64,000 bases of DNA. Origin: Helicobacter anseris (GTDB taxonomy: Bacteria > Campylobacterota > Campylobacteria > Campylobacterales > Helicobacteraceae). The stretch is taken from NCBI RefSeq assembly GCF_003364335.1, contig NZ_NXLX01000001.1, forward strand, positions 1 through 64,000, written 5' to 3'. Numbering within the stretch: position 1 is the first letter of the stretch; each line of letters opens with the position of its first letter. Shown here one piece after another: positions 47,622 to 57,574 of this stretch. The translations under genes and the position numbers were made by a program. The notes below the pieces were generated by a model, which saw only the letters and a program-made list of their open reading frames with translations, did not search any database and was not told where the DNA came from.

Positions 47622-50045
47622 ATGGCAAAAGAAACACAAGAAATTAGCTCTTTTAATGGAGACAATGTTTCGCAACAAACATCAAATAAAAAAATATCTT
47701 TGCAAAAACTGCAAGAGATTTTTTTCTTATATTTAGAAAAATTTAAACAACTGCAAAAAAAGCAAAAAATATTTATTTTATGTGGTTTTGGTGCTTTTAT
47801 TGTTATTTTGTTATTGGTGCTTGTTTTTGTTTTTTCTGGTAAAAAACAAAAGGTAAGTCATAAGGTTGAGATTCAACAAGAAAAACAAACAACAGAAGAA
47901 GATATAGAGATTACTGCGGAGTTTTTGCATTCTTTGCCAAAGGTGGAGACAAGTCTTTCAAAAATTGATGATAAAAATATCAATGCTTTGATTCAAAAGG
48001 CTAATGTTTTATATGATAGCGGAAATAAAATAGAGGCCTTAAATATTTTTGATAAAGTGGCTACTTTTTCACAAGCGTTGGCGAATTATAATTTAGGTGT
48101 TTTGCAAATTAAACAAAAAGATTATAGTAATGCTTTAAAATCATTTGAAAAATCATTAAACTCAGGAGAAAATGTAAGTTTAAGTGCTTTAAATGCTGCT
48201 ATTAGTGCAAGATACATGGGTGATGAAAAACTTTATTTGCATTATTTAAAGCTAGCAACTAATAAATTACCAGAAGAAAATCAAAAACCTTTTTATTCTT
48301 ATTTGTATGCTCTTGTAAATTTTTATAATCAAAATTATTTTGCAGCTTTATCAAGTATTACAAATCCTATAACTGATTCTTATATTCCTATGAGTGCTGA
48401 GATTGCAGCAAAAACATTTTTGGTTTTTGATGATAATAAAAATGCAATTTTGGCTCTTGAAAATCAATATGATGAGAAAAAAGATTATAAAAATCTATCT
48501 CTTTTGTATGCAAGAATTGGAGAATATGATAAGGCAAAGAGTTATCTGACAAGATATTTGCAAAATAATCAAAAAGATTTTGAAGCTACAATGGCTTTGC
48601 AGATTTTGTATCTAAAAACTTATGATTTTTATCAAGCTTCTAATTTTTTAGATCAATTAAGTAATGATAAAGCAGTAATGCAGAAAGTTAATGATATTTA
48701 TCCCATTAAAGTTGTTTTGCAAAAAAGGCTTTTTGATGTTGAGCTTGCTCAGAGGGATTTTGCAACAAATAGTCTCAAGGGTAACCACTATATTGCAGAT
48801 AGAATCTTATTTTATTTTGCACCCTTTAAGGTATTTAATGTCGCAGAAACTTTGGATATTTTGCGCGAGAGTGGCATTTTTTCAAATTATAATGTAACTG
48901 CTTCTGAAGGTAAGCTTGTAGAGAGTAAGACGATTGCGCAAATCAATAAGGATATTGCTCAATCTCTTGTAGCAATTTATAAAAATAACTTGCGTCAAGC
49001 ATTAAAAATTTTAAAAAAAGCTGCAAATAGTAATCCAAATCATGCAATATTGCATTATGATTTAGGCCTTGTATATGCACAAATGGATGATTTGGAGAAT
49101 GCTTATAAACATTTTGTCAAGGCATATTATTTAGATTCTAATAATGTTGAATCTGGGCTGTATGCAATTTTGGCATCAAGGTTTTTAGATAAAGATACTC
49201 AGAGAATGCAAAAGGATATTACACAGGATTTTGATCATATTGGAGCAAATGACCCTATTAAAAGAAAATTTTTACTATCTTTTTTTAGCTATTTAAATCA
49301 AAGTATTGCAGATGATATGGATTGGATTGAACAAGCAAGAGATAAATTACCTATTTACTATGCTTTAAAAGGGGCTTTTGGTATCCAAACTAAGAATTTT
49401 TCAGATACATACCAAGCTTTTGAAAAACTTGATATGCTTTATCATGATGATTTGATTATAAAGACAATTAAAAATCTCGCTCAAGGTATTGATGCAAATT
49501 TTAAGCAAAATGCTCTAAAACTTTACAATATGATTGCAAAAGATCCTTTAAACTTGGAAAGAGTTTATAATGGACCTGCCTTAGCAAGACAACTTTATGC
49601 GTATATTGGATTTATCACTGGTTCTTTGAAAATCCAAGAAGATCATTTAAAAGAAAAACTGACAGCTTCATTACAAAGTCCAAATGGAATCTTACAGGCT
49701 CTAGCGTTAATAAATCTTTATCAACATAAGTTTGATCAAGCCTATGCGATTTATGATACTTTAATAAATAATTTAGGAGAGAGTGATACGCGGACAAAAT
49801 TCCTAAGTGCAGTGGCTTTGATAGGGACTGGTAATTATGATAATGCTGCATTATTGTTGCAATTATCAAAAATGGATGCAGAAACAAATTTTGAAACAAA
49901 ATTTGTATTAGGTATGCTATATCAGCAAGCTGGAAATTTTAAAGCCGCAGCTTCGCATTATGCAATGATAGCAGGAAAGAAATTTGCTTCAAGTTTCTTT
50001 GATTTTGAAATTGATACACAAAAAATATTAGATTCTAAAAAGTAA
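47622..50045 (+). CDS. Large TPR-repeat protein with N-terminal transmembrane anchor (conserved hypothetical, sits between serS and uvrD as in H. pylori)
   Basis: 807 aa. TM helix (ILCGFGAFIVILLLVLVFVF), then multiple TPR-like repeats (...ALNIFDKVATFSQALANYNLGV..., ...AILHYDLGLVYAQMDDLENAYKHFVKAYYL...). Confidence 0.6.
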   Translation: MAKETQEISSFNGDNVSQQTSNKKISLQKLQEIFFLYLEKFKQLQKKQKIFILCGFGAFIVILLLVLVFVFSGKKQKVSHKVEIQQEKQTTEEDIEITAEFLHSLPKVETSLSKIDDKNINALIQKANVLYDSGNKIEALNIFDKVATFSQALANYNLGVLQIKQKDYSNALKSFEKSLNSGENVSLSALNAAISARYMGDEKLYLHYLKLATNKLPEENQKPFYSYLYALVNFYNQNYFAALSSITNPITDSYIPMSAEIAAKTFLVFDDNKNAILALENQYDEKKDYKNLSLLYARIGEYDKAKSYLTRYLQNNQKDFEATMALQILYLKTYDFYQASNFLDQLSNDKAVMQKVNDIYPIKVVLQKRLFDVELAQRDFATNSLKGNHYIADRILFYFAPFKVFNVAETLDILRESGIFSNYNVTASEGKLVESKTIAQINKDIAQSLVAIYKNNLRQALKILKKAANSNPNHAILHYDLGLVYAQMDDLENAYKHFVKAYYLDSNNVESGLYAILASRFLDKDTQRMQKDITQDFDHIGANDPIKRKFLLSFFSYLNQSIADDMDWIEQARDKLPIYYALKGAFGIQTKNFSDTYQAFEKLDMLYHDDLIIKTIKNLAQGIDANFKQNALKLYNMIAKDPLNLERVYNGPALARQLYAYIGFITGSLKIQEDHLKEKLTASLQSPNGILQALALINLYQHKFDQAYAIYDTLINNLGESDTRTKFLSAVALIGTGNYDNAALLLQLSKMDAETNFETKFVLGMLYQQAGNFKAAASHYAMIAGKKFASSFFDFEIDTQKILDSKK

Positions 50046-50048
50046 TAA

Positions 50049-52091
50049 ATGAATCATCTTTTTGAAGGGCTTAATTCTTCTCAAATTGAAGCCATAAGAC
50101 ATATTGACAATCCATTGCTTATACTAGCTGGTGCTGGTAGTGGAAAGACAAGGACACTTACTACAAGGCTTGCATATTTAATTGATGAGGTGGGAGTGCC
50201 TGCAAGTCAGACATTAACTCTAACCTTTACTAATAAAGCAAGCTTGGAGATGAGAGATAGAGCATTAGGATTGTTGAAACAAAGATTGCAAGCCCCACCA
50301 TTGCTTTGCACTTTTCATCGTTTTGGATTGCTTTTTTTGAAGTTTTATATATCTTACTTGCAAAGAGGATTTAATTTTGTTTTAATTGATTCTGATGATA
50401 GAAAAAAGATCTTAAAGAAAATGAATGAAACTTTACCTTTGGGTTATGTGGATTATATGATTTCATATCTTAAAAATAATCTCATTACACCAGAAGCTTT
50501 TTTAATTGAAGCAAGGGATAAGAATCAAAAGATTGTTGGAAAAATTTATTTAGATTATCAAAAGACCTTGCAGGAACAAAATCTTGTAGATTTTGATGAT
50601 TTGATTTTGCTGCCTTATGAGATTTTGGATAAAAATGAAGATTTGGCGATGGAGATTTCTCAAAAATATGCATATATTATGGTGGATGAATATCAAGATA
50701 CCAATTTTTTACAATTTAAGCTTCTGCAAAAATTATGCTTAGCACATCAGAATATTTGTGTCGTTGGAGATGATGATCAAAGTATTTATGGCTGGAGGGG
50801 ATCGGATATTAGAAATATTCTAGATTTTCAAGAAAATTTTAAAAATGCCAAGCTAATAAAATTAGAAGAAAACTATCGTTCTACTCTTGAAATTTTGGAG
50901 GTAGCCAATACACTTATTGCACATAATGCTAATCGTATCGGCAAAACACTAAAAAGTATGAATGGCTCAGGAGATAGTGTAGAGATTTTGCATAATTTGG
51001 ATGAAAATTTAGAATCTTTATGTATTGCAAAGAAGATTGAAAAACTAAAATCAGAAGGTGTGAGACTTGATCAAATAGCTATTTTATTTCGGCTAAATGC
51101 TCTATCTAGGGCCTTGGAAGAGGGGTTGAATAAATTAGGTTTGCAATACAAACTTGTAGGGACAATCCGTTTTTATGAGAGGGCAGAGATAAAAGATGTT
51201 TTATCTTACTTGAGATATCTTATCAATCCAAAAGATGATTTTTCTTTAGAGCGTATAATAAATCAGCCAAAAAGAGGTATAGGTAAGCAAACTCAAGAAA
51301 AAATTTTTGATTTAGCAAAGCAAAAGAGCAAAAGTGTTTATGAAGTTTTTTGCGATGGTGCCTATAATGATTATATAAGTGAAAAAAATCTAAAAACCTT
51401 AAGAGATTTTTTTGGAATCTTGCAAGATTTAAGAGAGTTTTTAGAAACACCAGAAATTTTAATACGCAATCTTTTAGAGAGAATTGATATTGTGCAAAGT
51501 TATGCCAAGATTCAAGAGAATGTAGATAGAGTGGGCAATATCGATGAGTTTGTTGGATTGTTTAGAGATTATTTTTTAAACAATCCCAATGATTTATTGG
51601 AAGATTTTTTAAACAATATACCATTGCATTCAGATCTAGATAATTATCAAGAAGATTGTGTGCAGTGTATGAGTGTTCATACGGCTAAAGGGTTGGAATT
51701 TGATTATGTTTTTGTAATAGGTTTAGAAAATGGCTTCTTTCCATTAGATAGAGAGGAGAGTGATTTGGAAGAAGAGAGAAGATTGGCGTATGTAGCTTTT
51801 ACAAGAGCTAAGAAAAAATTATTTATATCTTATGTTGATTCTAGATTCTATAAGGGCAAAAGAACACAATTGCAGGTTTCTCCTTTTTTTAAAGAATCAG
51901 GATTATTAAAGAATAAACAACGCCTTGAACAACAAGATAGTGATTTTAAAAAAGGCGAGGTGGTAAGTCATAAAATTTTTGGTATGGGGAGAATTGAGGA
52001 TATAAAAAAATCAGGAAATGATACAATTTTAGTAATAAATTTTGGGGGATTGAGAAAGCCAATTATGAGTGCTTTTGTACAAAGGATTTAG
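50049..52091 (+). CDS. uvrD: ATP-dependent DNA helicase, UvrD/PcrA/Rep (SF1) family
   Basis: Motif I LAGAGSGKTRTLTTRLAYLI, motif II VDEYQDTN, motif III ...GDDDQSIYGWRG..., motifs V and VI (...VHTAKGLEFDYVFV..., ...RRLAYVAFTRAKKKL...). Confidence 0.92.
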   Translation: MNHLFEGLNSSQIEAIRHIDNPLLILAGAGSGKTRTLTTRLAYLIDEVGVPASQTLTLTFTNKASLEMRDRALGLLKQRLQAPPLLCTFHRFGLLFLKFYISYLQRGFNFVLIDSDDRKKILKKMNETLPLGYVDYMISYLKNNLITPEAFLIEARDKNQKIVGKIYLDYQKTLQEQNLVDFDDLILLPYEILDKNEDLAMEISQKYAYIMVDEYQDTNFLQFKLLQKLCLAHQNICVVGDDDQSIYGWRGSDIRNILDFQENFKNAKLIKLEENYRSTLEILEVANTLIAHNANRIGKTLKSMNGSGDSVEILHNLDENLESLCIAKKIEKLKSEGVRLDQIAILFRLNALSRALEEGLNKLGLQYKLVGTIRFYERAEIKDVLSYLRYLINPKDDFSLERIINQPKRGIGKQTQEKIFDLAKQKSKSVYEVFCDGAYNDYISEKNLKTLRDFFGILQDLREFLETPEILIRNLLERIDIVQSYAKIQENVDRVGNIDEFVGLFRDYFLNNPNDLLEDFLNNIPLHSDLDNYQEDCVQCMSVHTAKGLEFDYVFVIGLENGFFPLDREESDLEEERRLAYVAFTRAKKKLFISYVDSRFYKGKRTQLQVSPFFKESGLLKNKQRLEQQDSDFKKGEVVSHKIFGMGRIEDIKKSGNDTILVINFGGLRKPIMSAFVQRI

Positions 52092-52757
52092 ATGAAAAAG
52101 TATTTTATTTTTTTATTGTTAGTGCAATTTATCTTTGGTGAAAATATCGCAAAGATTAAATCACAGATTAAAAAAGAATATGAGAGCTTTTATAAAGATA
52201 ATCAAATCAAAATTGCTGATATTATCTTAGATTTAAATCCAGATACGCAAATCAATGAAGTAAAAATCAAAGATATTATTTTGGAGAATAAAACTTTTCT
52301 GGCATCAGGAAAGGTTTTGATTGTTTTTACTTTTAATAATCAAACTTATAAACATTTATTGCGATATAAAATACAAGCCAATTTAAATGTGGTATATACT
52401 CAAGTGGGTATCAAAAAATCTCAAGATATTATGACTAAAGATGTGATGATTAAAAATATTTCCATTGAAGAGCTTAATGGCATACCTATGGGTATAGGGG
52501 AGGTTGGCAATGTAAGTGCTAAGATTTTTATTCCCAATCAAACAATAATTTATAACTATCACATCGAATCAAAGATTTTGATTAGAAAAAATGAAAGTTT
52601 TTTAGCGACATATTCAGAAGGCAATGTGGTTATCCAACTTGTTTTGATTGCAAAGGAAAATGGAATTAAAGATTCTATTATTGAGGCAATAAATCCAGAG
52701 ACAAAAAAAGTTGTAAGAGTAAAAGTTTTATCTGATGGAAATGGAAAGATTTTATGA
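52092..52757 (+). CDS. flgA: Flagellar basal-body P-ring formation chaperone FlgA-like protein
   Basis: 221 aa, signal peptide, C-terminal SAF-like region. Its position between uvrD and ubiX-coaD-tmk corresponds to the Helicobacter flgA locus. Sequence-level support is weak. Confidence 0.5.
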   Translation: MKKYFIFLLLVQFIFGENIAKIKSQIKKEYESFYKDNQIKIADIILDLNPDTQINEVKIKDIILENKTFLASGKVLIVFTFNNQTYKHLLRYKIQANLNVVYTQVGIKKSQDIMTKDVMIKNISIEELNGIPMGIGEVGNVSAKIFIPNQTIIYNYHIESKILIRKNESFLATYSEGNVVIQLVLIAKENGIKDSIIEAINPETKKVVRVKVLSDGNGKIL

Positions 52758-53302
52758 AATTTGTTTTGGGTATTAGTGGCGCAAGTAGTGTGCAATTGGG
52801 TATGAGATTTTTAGAAAATCTCCCTATGGATTTACAAGTATTTTTAGTAATTAGCAGGGGGGCAAGAAAGGTTTTTGAAAAAGAAAAGATTTCTTTTGAA
52901 CTTCCAAGTCATGTTGAAGTTTTAGATTCTTTAGATATGGGTGCTTGCATTGCTTCTGGGAGTTTTGGGGTTGATAAAATGGCGATTATCCCCACTTCAA
53001 TGAATAAGCTTGCAAAGATAGCTTGTGGCATAGCTGATGATTTAATTACACGGAGTGCTTCTGTAATGCTTAAGGAGAAAAAACCCCTCTTGCTTGCACC
53101 AAGAGAAATTCCTTTTGCATCTATTGCTTTAGAAAATATGTTAAAGCTTTCAAATAATGGGGCTATTATTGCACCCCCTGTATTGGGATATTATGCAAAA
53201 GTGCAGAATCTATGTGAAATGGAAAATTTTATTATTGGAAGATGGCTAGACTTATTAGATATAAAACATAATCTTTATAAAAGATGGGGTAGTGATGCAT
53301 AA
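52754..53302 (+). CDS. ubiX: Flavin prenyltransferase UbiX
   Basis: MKFVLGISGASSVQLGMRFLE matches the UbiX/Pad1 flavoprotein N-terminus. 182 aa. Confidence 0.9.
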   Translation: MKFVLGISGASSVQLGMRFLENLPMDLQVFLVISRGARKVFEKEKISFELPSHVEVLDSLDMGACIASGSFGVDKMAIIPTSMNKLAKIACGIADDLITRSASVMLKEKKPLLLAPREIPFASIALENMLKLSNNGAIIAPPVLGYYAKVQNLCEMENFIIGRWLDLLDIKHNLYKRWGSDA

Positions 53303-53783
53303 TATTGCAATTTATCCAGGGACTTTTGATCCTTTGACTAATGGGCATATTGATATTATCAAGCGTAGTAGTAAGATTTTTGATAAGGTTTTTGTTGGGA
53401 TTGCGGTATCAAAAAACAAAAAACCTCTATTTGATATAAAAGATAGAGAAATGATGGTAAAACTAGCAATTAAAGATTTGAAGAATGTAGAATGCGAAAG
53501 TTTTGATACATTATTGGTGGATTTTGCAAAACAAAAAAATACACATATTATTGTTCGTGGTCTTAGGGTTGTGAGTGATTTTGAGTATGAACTACAAATG
53601 AGCTATGCTAATGTTTCACTCAATCATAATATAGAAACTATTTATTTTATGCCAAGCTTAGAAAATGCTTTTATCAGCTCTTCTGTAATAAGAAATATTT
53701 TAGAACATCAAGGTAAGATTTCTCATTTATTACCAGAGTGTGTTTTTGGGTATATCAAGAGTAAGGGATTTGTATGTACATAG
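53292..53783 (+). CDS. coaD: Phosphopantetheine adenylyltransferase
   Basis: IAIYPGTFDPLTNGHIDII, the T/HxGH nucleotidyltransferase motif of CoaD. 163 aa. Confidence 0.93.
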   Translation: MMHNIAIYPGTFDPLTNGHIDIIKRSSKIFDKVFVGIAVSKNKKPLFDIKDREMMVKLAIKDLKNVECESFDTLLVDFAKQKNTHIIVRGLRVVSDFEYELQMSYANVSLNHNIETIYFMPSLENAFISSSVIRNILEHQGKISHLLPECVFGYIKSKGFVCT

Positions 53784-54328
53784 TTTTTGAGGGTATAGAT
53801 ACTTGTGGTAAAAGCACGCAGATTGAACTTTTAAAACCTCTGTTGCCTAATGCAATTTTTACAAAAGAACCAGGCGGAAGCTTTCTTGGAGCCAAAATTC
53901 GAGAAATGATTTTAGGAAGCAAGAATCTAGATAGCAAAACAGAATTTTTTTTATTTTTGGCAGATAGGGCGCAACATTGCGCAGAAGTAATTATTCCAAA
54001 TAAAAATGAAATTATTATTGCAGATAGAAGTTTGATATCAGGAATTGCCTATGCAAAAAATATTCAAAATGCCTTAGAGTATAATCTCTTTGCAATGCAA
54101 AATATTTTGCCAGATAAGGTTGTTTTATTTAAAACAAATGCAGAGCTTTTAAAAAAAAGGCTTGGTAATAAATCAAATGATAGTATTGAACAAAGAGGCA
54201 TTGATTATTTATTAGAAATTCAAGATTATTTATTTGAAATTACGCATCACTTAAAATTACAAACTTTAATTTTAGATGCCTCAGAGAGTATTGAGGCATT
54301 GCACAAAAAAATCCTTGCATTTTTATAA
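53774..54328 (+). CDS. tmk: Thymidylate kinase
   Basis: MYIVFEGIDTCGKSTQ P-loop, with the LID and DR motif regions. 184 aa. Confidence 0.9.
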   Translation: MYIVFEGIDTCGKSTQIELLKPLLPNAIFTKEPGGSFLGAKIREMILGSKNLDSKTEFFLFLADRAQHCAEVIIPNKNEIIIADRSLISGIAYAKNIQNALEYNLFAMQNILPDKVVLFKTNAELLKKRLGNKSNDSIEQRGIDYLLEIQDYLFEITHHLKLQTLILDASESIEALHKKILAFL

Positions 54329-54895
54329 ATGCGTTGTCTTATTTGTAGAAAATGGAGTTTTAGAATCATTTGCAAAACCTGTCAAGAAGAGTTTTTGATT
54401 TTAAAACCAAAAATAAGATTAGTCGGGGATATTAAGGTTTATAGTTTTTATTCTTACGAAGATATTGCTTTTTTGCTTAATACCAAATACTATGCTATTG
54501 GTAGTCGTGTATTTAATATCTTAGCGAAGAAGGCAAGTGTATATTTTTCACAAAATCTTAGTGATTCTTTTTCAGAAGTTTATGGAGTGGGAATTGATGA
54601 TAATCCAAAAAAAGGTTATTCGCATACAGGGATTCTTTTAAAAAACTTTTCTTCAAGAATCAAGCCTATTTATGGAGAGTTGAATGCAAGGAATAAGATT
54701 CAATATGCAGGAAAAAGTCTTGCTTTTAGGCAAAATAATCCCAAGAATTTTTCTTTCAAAGTAAAAAATCGTAATCTTGTGATTTTTGATGACATTATTA
54801 CCACAGGAACTAGTATTTTAGAAGCCAAAAATATTATAGAAAAAAACAATAATCGTGTTTTGTTTGCACTTGTCTTAAGCGATGCAAGCTCTTAA
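54329..54895 (+). CDS. comF: ComF-family protein (phosphoribosyltransferase-domain competence protein)
   Basis: N-terminal Cys pairs (CLICRKW...CKTC) and the C-terminal PRTase motif ...LVIFDDIITTGTSILEA.... Confidence 0.75.
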   Translation: MRCLICRKWSFRIICKTCQEEFLILKPKIRLVGDIKVYSFYSYEDIAFLLNTKYYAIGSRVFNILAKKASVYFSQNLSDSFSEVYGVGIDDNPKKGYSHTGILLKNFSSRIKPIYGELNARNKIQYAGKSLAFRQNNPKNFSFKVKNRNLVIFDDIITTGTSILEAKNIIEKNNNRVLFALVLSDASS

Positions 54896-54948
54896 AACTT
54901 GAGTATTAGCTAAAGTTTTATATAATCTTTCCTTCTTTAAGGAATAGA

Positions 54949-56109
54949 ATGAGATTTTTTGCTTTAATCTTTTTTTTATGTTTTTATTGTTTTGGAGCAG
55001 TGGGTGAGCGTATAGTTTGGAGCAGTGGGCTTTCATTTTTGACATTTTTAGAGCAAAATCACCTACCTCTAAAGCTCTATTATAATCTCTCTGCGACAGA
55101 TAAAGAGCTTGCAAGTGAAATACAAGTGGGTTCAGTTTATTATCTTTTAAAAGATGAGAATCAAAAAGTATTGCAAGCTTTGATTCCTATTAGCGAGGAT
55201 ATGCAAATACATATCTATCAAAATCCCAATAAGGAATATGCACTAGATTTTATTCCAATAGTTTATACAACGCATAAAAATACTCTTGTTGTCTCTGTTC
55301 AGAAATCTCCCTATCAAGATATTTTAGAGCATACAAAAGATATTGTATTGGCAACAGAATTTGTCAATACATATCGCAAAAGCATTGACTTTCATAAATA
55401 TATGCTAAAAGATGACAAGCTTGCTTTTACTTATACAAGAAAATATCGTTTAGGTAGGACCTTTTCTACGCCAGAGATTCAATCAGCCATTGTGCAAACA
55501 AATAAAAAAGCTCATTATATCTTTGGTTTTGAGGATAGTTTTTATGATTTGAAGGGGAGGGAAGTTGCGGGCTTTTTATTGGAAATGCCAGTTAAGTATC
55601 GTAGAATCTCCTCAAAGTTTTCTTATGGAAGGTGGCATCCTGTTTTAAAAAAAGTAAGACCGCATTATGGAGTGGATTTGAGTGCGGCACATGGCACACC
55701 TATTTATGCTTCTGCTAGTGGCAAAGTAGTTTATTCTGGGTATCGTGGAGGATATGGCAATGTGGTAGAAATATCACACGGAGATGGTATTAGAACCTTA
55801 TATGCTCATATGAGCAAAAGAGATCCTAAGGCTTTTGTTGGAGCTAGGATAAAAAAAGGGCAGTTGATTGGTAGAGTGGGTAGCACAGGTATGAGCACAG
55901 GACCTCATTTGCATTTTGGGGTTTATAGAAACAATAAGCCAATTGATCCTTTGGGGATTGTAAGAACAGAGAAAAACCAATTAAAAGGTTCTAAGAAAAA
56001 GGAATTTTTGATTTTTGCAAATCAGCAAAAAGAGATTTTAGATTCTTTGATAAATTCCTATGATTTTAGTGAAAAAAAGGGATATGTGATGACAGAGAGT
56101 ATCCAATGA
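54949..56109 (+). CDS. M23 family metallopeptidase (LytM domain) with N-terminal signal/anchor
   Basis: ...HYGVDLSAAHGTPIYASASGKVVYSGYRGGYGNVVEISHGDGIRTLYAHMS...GSTGMSTGPHLHFGVY... contains the HxxxD and HxH zinc motifs. Confidence 0.85.
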   Translation: MRFFALIFFLCFYCFGAVGERIVWSSGLSFLTFLEQNHLPLKLYYNLSATDKELASEIQVGSVYYLLKDENQKVLQALIPISEDMQIHIYQNPNKEYALDFIPIVYTTHKNTLVVSVQKSPYQDILEHTKDIVLATEFVNTYRKSIDFHKYMLKDDKLAFTYTRKYRLGRTFSTPEIQSAIVQTNKKAHYIFGFEDSFYDLKGREVAGFLLEMPVKYRRISSKFSYGRWHPVLKKVRPHYGVDLSAAHGTPIYASASGKVVYSGYRGGYGNVVEISHGDGIRTLYAHMSKRDPKAFVGARIKKGQLIGRVGSTGMSTGPHLHFGVYRNNKPIDPLGIVRTEKNQLKGSKKKEFLIFANQQKEILDSLINSYDFSEKKGYVMTESIQ

Positions 56110-56714
56110 AATTCTTTAAGCCCCCGATAAAAAAAGTAGATTTTTCTAGCATTGTTTATGAGCCTTTGGGCGAATCTGTATATGTTAAACCCATTAGTAT
56201 GTTTTATCAAGAAAATCATAAAAATAAAAAATGGGATATCGTAAAATCTTTTGATAGCGTAAGTATTTTGCTTTTTGATAGCAGTAAGCAAGCATTTGTT
56301 ATTGTAAGGCAATTTAGACCAGCAGTATTTTTTAATAATCCTAAAGATGGTTATACTTATGAATTATGTGCAGGGCTTGCTGATAAAAATAAGAGTTTAG
56401 AGGAAATTGCTTCAGAAGAAGTGCTTGAAGAGTGTGGATATGAAATCTTGCCTAGTCAATTGCATTTTATAGGTAGTTTTTTAAATTCTACAGGAATGAG
56501 TGGAAGCAAGCAATTTTTATATTTTGCTGAAGTTAATGATGCGTGTAGGGTAAATGATGGAGGTGGTATTGAAGATGAATGTATTGAAGTTTTATATTTA
56601 TCTTTAGAAGATTCTTTGGAGTTTATTTTTGATGAGAGTTTTCAGAAAACAACTTCTTTATTTTTAGGAATACATTGGTATCATTACTCTTATAAATCAA
56701 AGGGAAAAATATAA
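56106..56714 (+). CDS. NUDIX hydrolase
   Basis: Nudix box ...GLADKNKSLEEIASEEVLEECGYEI... (GX5EX7REUXEEXGU pattern). 202 aa. Confidence 0.72.
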   Translation: MKFFKPPIKKVDFSSIVYEPLGESVYVKPISMFYQENHKNKKWDIVKSFDSVSILLFDSSKQAFVIVRQFRPAVFFNNPKDGYTYELCAGLADKNKSLEEIASEEVLEECGYEILPSQLHFIGSFLNSTGMSGSKQFLYFAEVNDACRVNDGGGIEDECIEVLYLSLEDSLEFIFDESFQKTTSLFLGIHWYHYSYKSKGKI

Positions 56715-57574
56715 TGAGATTATTGGTAGGATTTTTATTTTGTTTTTATTTTGTTTTTGCGGGATTGCAGGATAAGTTTGAAACAAAAATTATTAGCATA
56801 GACAAAGAAGCAAATACAATTACTTTTGATGCAAAGGATTTGGATATTGGGGAAAGTGGTTTTGTGATAGCAACTTTGAGCGATTATTCTAGTATTATTG
56901 CTCAAGCAGAAGTGATTGGGTGCTGTCAAGATGGCAAGGCCATAGCAAGGTTAAAATCCTTTGATGCGTTAAAGCAAATTTATCTTCCAAAGCCAAATAT
57001 ACAGCCAAAAGAAGGTGATAAGGTTGTATTTAGAAGTCTAAATAAAAAAGCATTTTTAGTGGCACCTAACTTAGATTTTTATGACAAAATAAAAAAAGAA
57101 TACCAAGATGTTGATTTTTTAAGTTCAGATTTATTGCTTGGATATTTGTTTAGTTATGGAGAATACGATCCTAGCAAACTATTTTTTAGAGATGTGTGTA
57201 ATGCTTATAGTGTTGGACTTGTATATATTGTAAATAAAAATGCTTTGGATATTGTTGATTGTCAAAGTTTTAAGATTTTGGATTCTAAGGCGCTAGATAC
57301 AAGCAATGTTGAGGAGATACAAGTGCCATTTTATTCTAGAATCGATGAGGTAAAATCCGGCACCTTGTTTAGTTTCTTGCAATCTAAAAAAGCACAATAT
57401 TATTTTGCGTATTATACAAATCTCTTGCACCCAAATATCCCATATCAGCCTTTAATGTTAGAAGAAAAGCAAAAAATCGAAAAAAAGAAACTCCAAGAAA
57501 AAATGCAACAAGAAGCACTAAAAAAGCAAGAAGAGCAAAAAAGGACACAAGAAAAAGCTAAAAATGCTAAATAA
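56714..57574 (+). CDS. Secreted hypothetical protein with Lys/Glu-rich C-terminal tail (PgbA-like architecture)
   Basis: Signal peptide MRLLVGFLFCFYFVFAG, a globular middle region, and a C-terminal charged tail (...EKQKIEKKKLQEKMQQEALKKQEEQKRTQEKAKNAK). The resemblance to Helicobacter plasminogen-binding proteins is architectural only. Confidence 0.4.
   Translation: MRLLVGFLFCFYFVFAGLQDKFETKIISIDKEANTITFDAKDLDIGESGFVIATLSDYSSIIAQAEVIGCCQDGKAIARLKSFDALKQIYLPKPNIQPKEGDKVVFRSLNKKAFLVAPNLDFYDKIKKEYQDVDFLSSDLLLGYLFSYGEYDPSKLFFRDVCNAYSVGLVYIVNKNALDIVDCQSFKILDSKALDTSNVEEIQVPFYSRIDEVKSGTLFSFLQSKKAQYYFAYYTNLLHPNIPYQPLMLEEKQKIEKKKLQEKMQQEALKKQEEQKRTQEKAKNAK

Noticed and set aside
56714-57574. Calling the secreted Lys-rich protein a plasminogen-binding protein (PgbA/PgbB)
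   Set aside because: Only the architecture (signal peptide plus a C-terminal lysine-rich tail) resembles PgbA/B; I cannot verify sequence homology without a search. Left as hypothetical.
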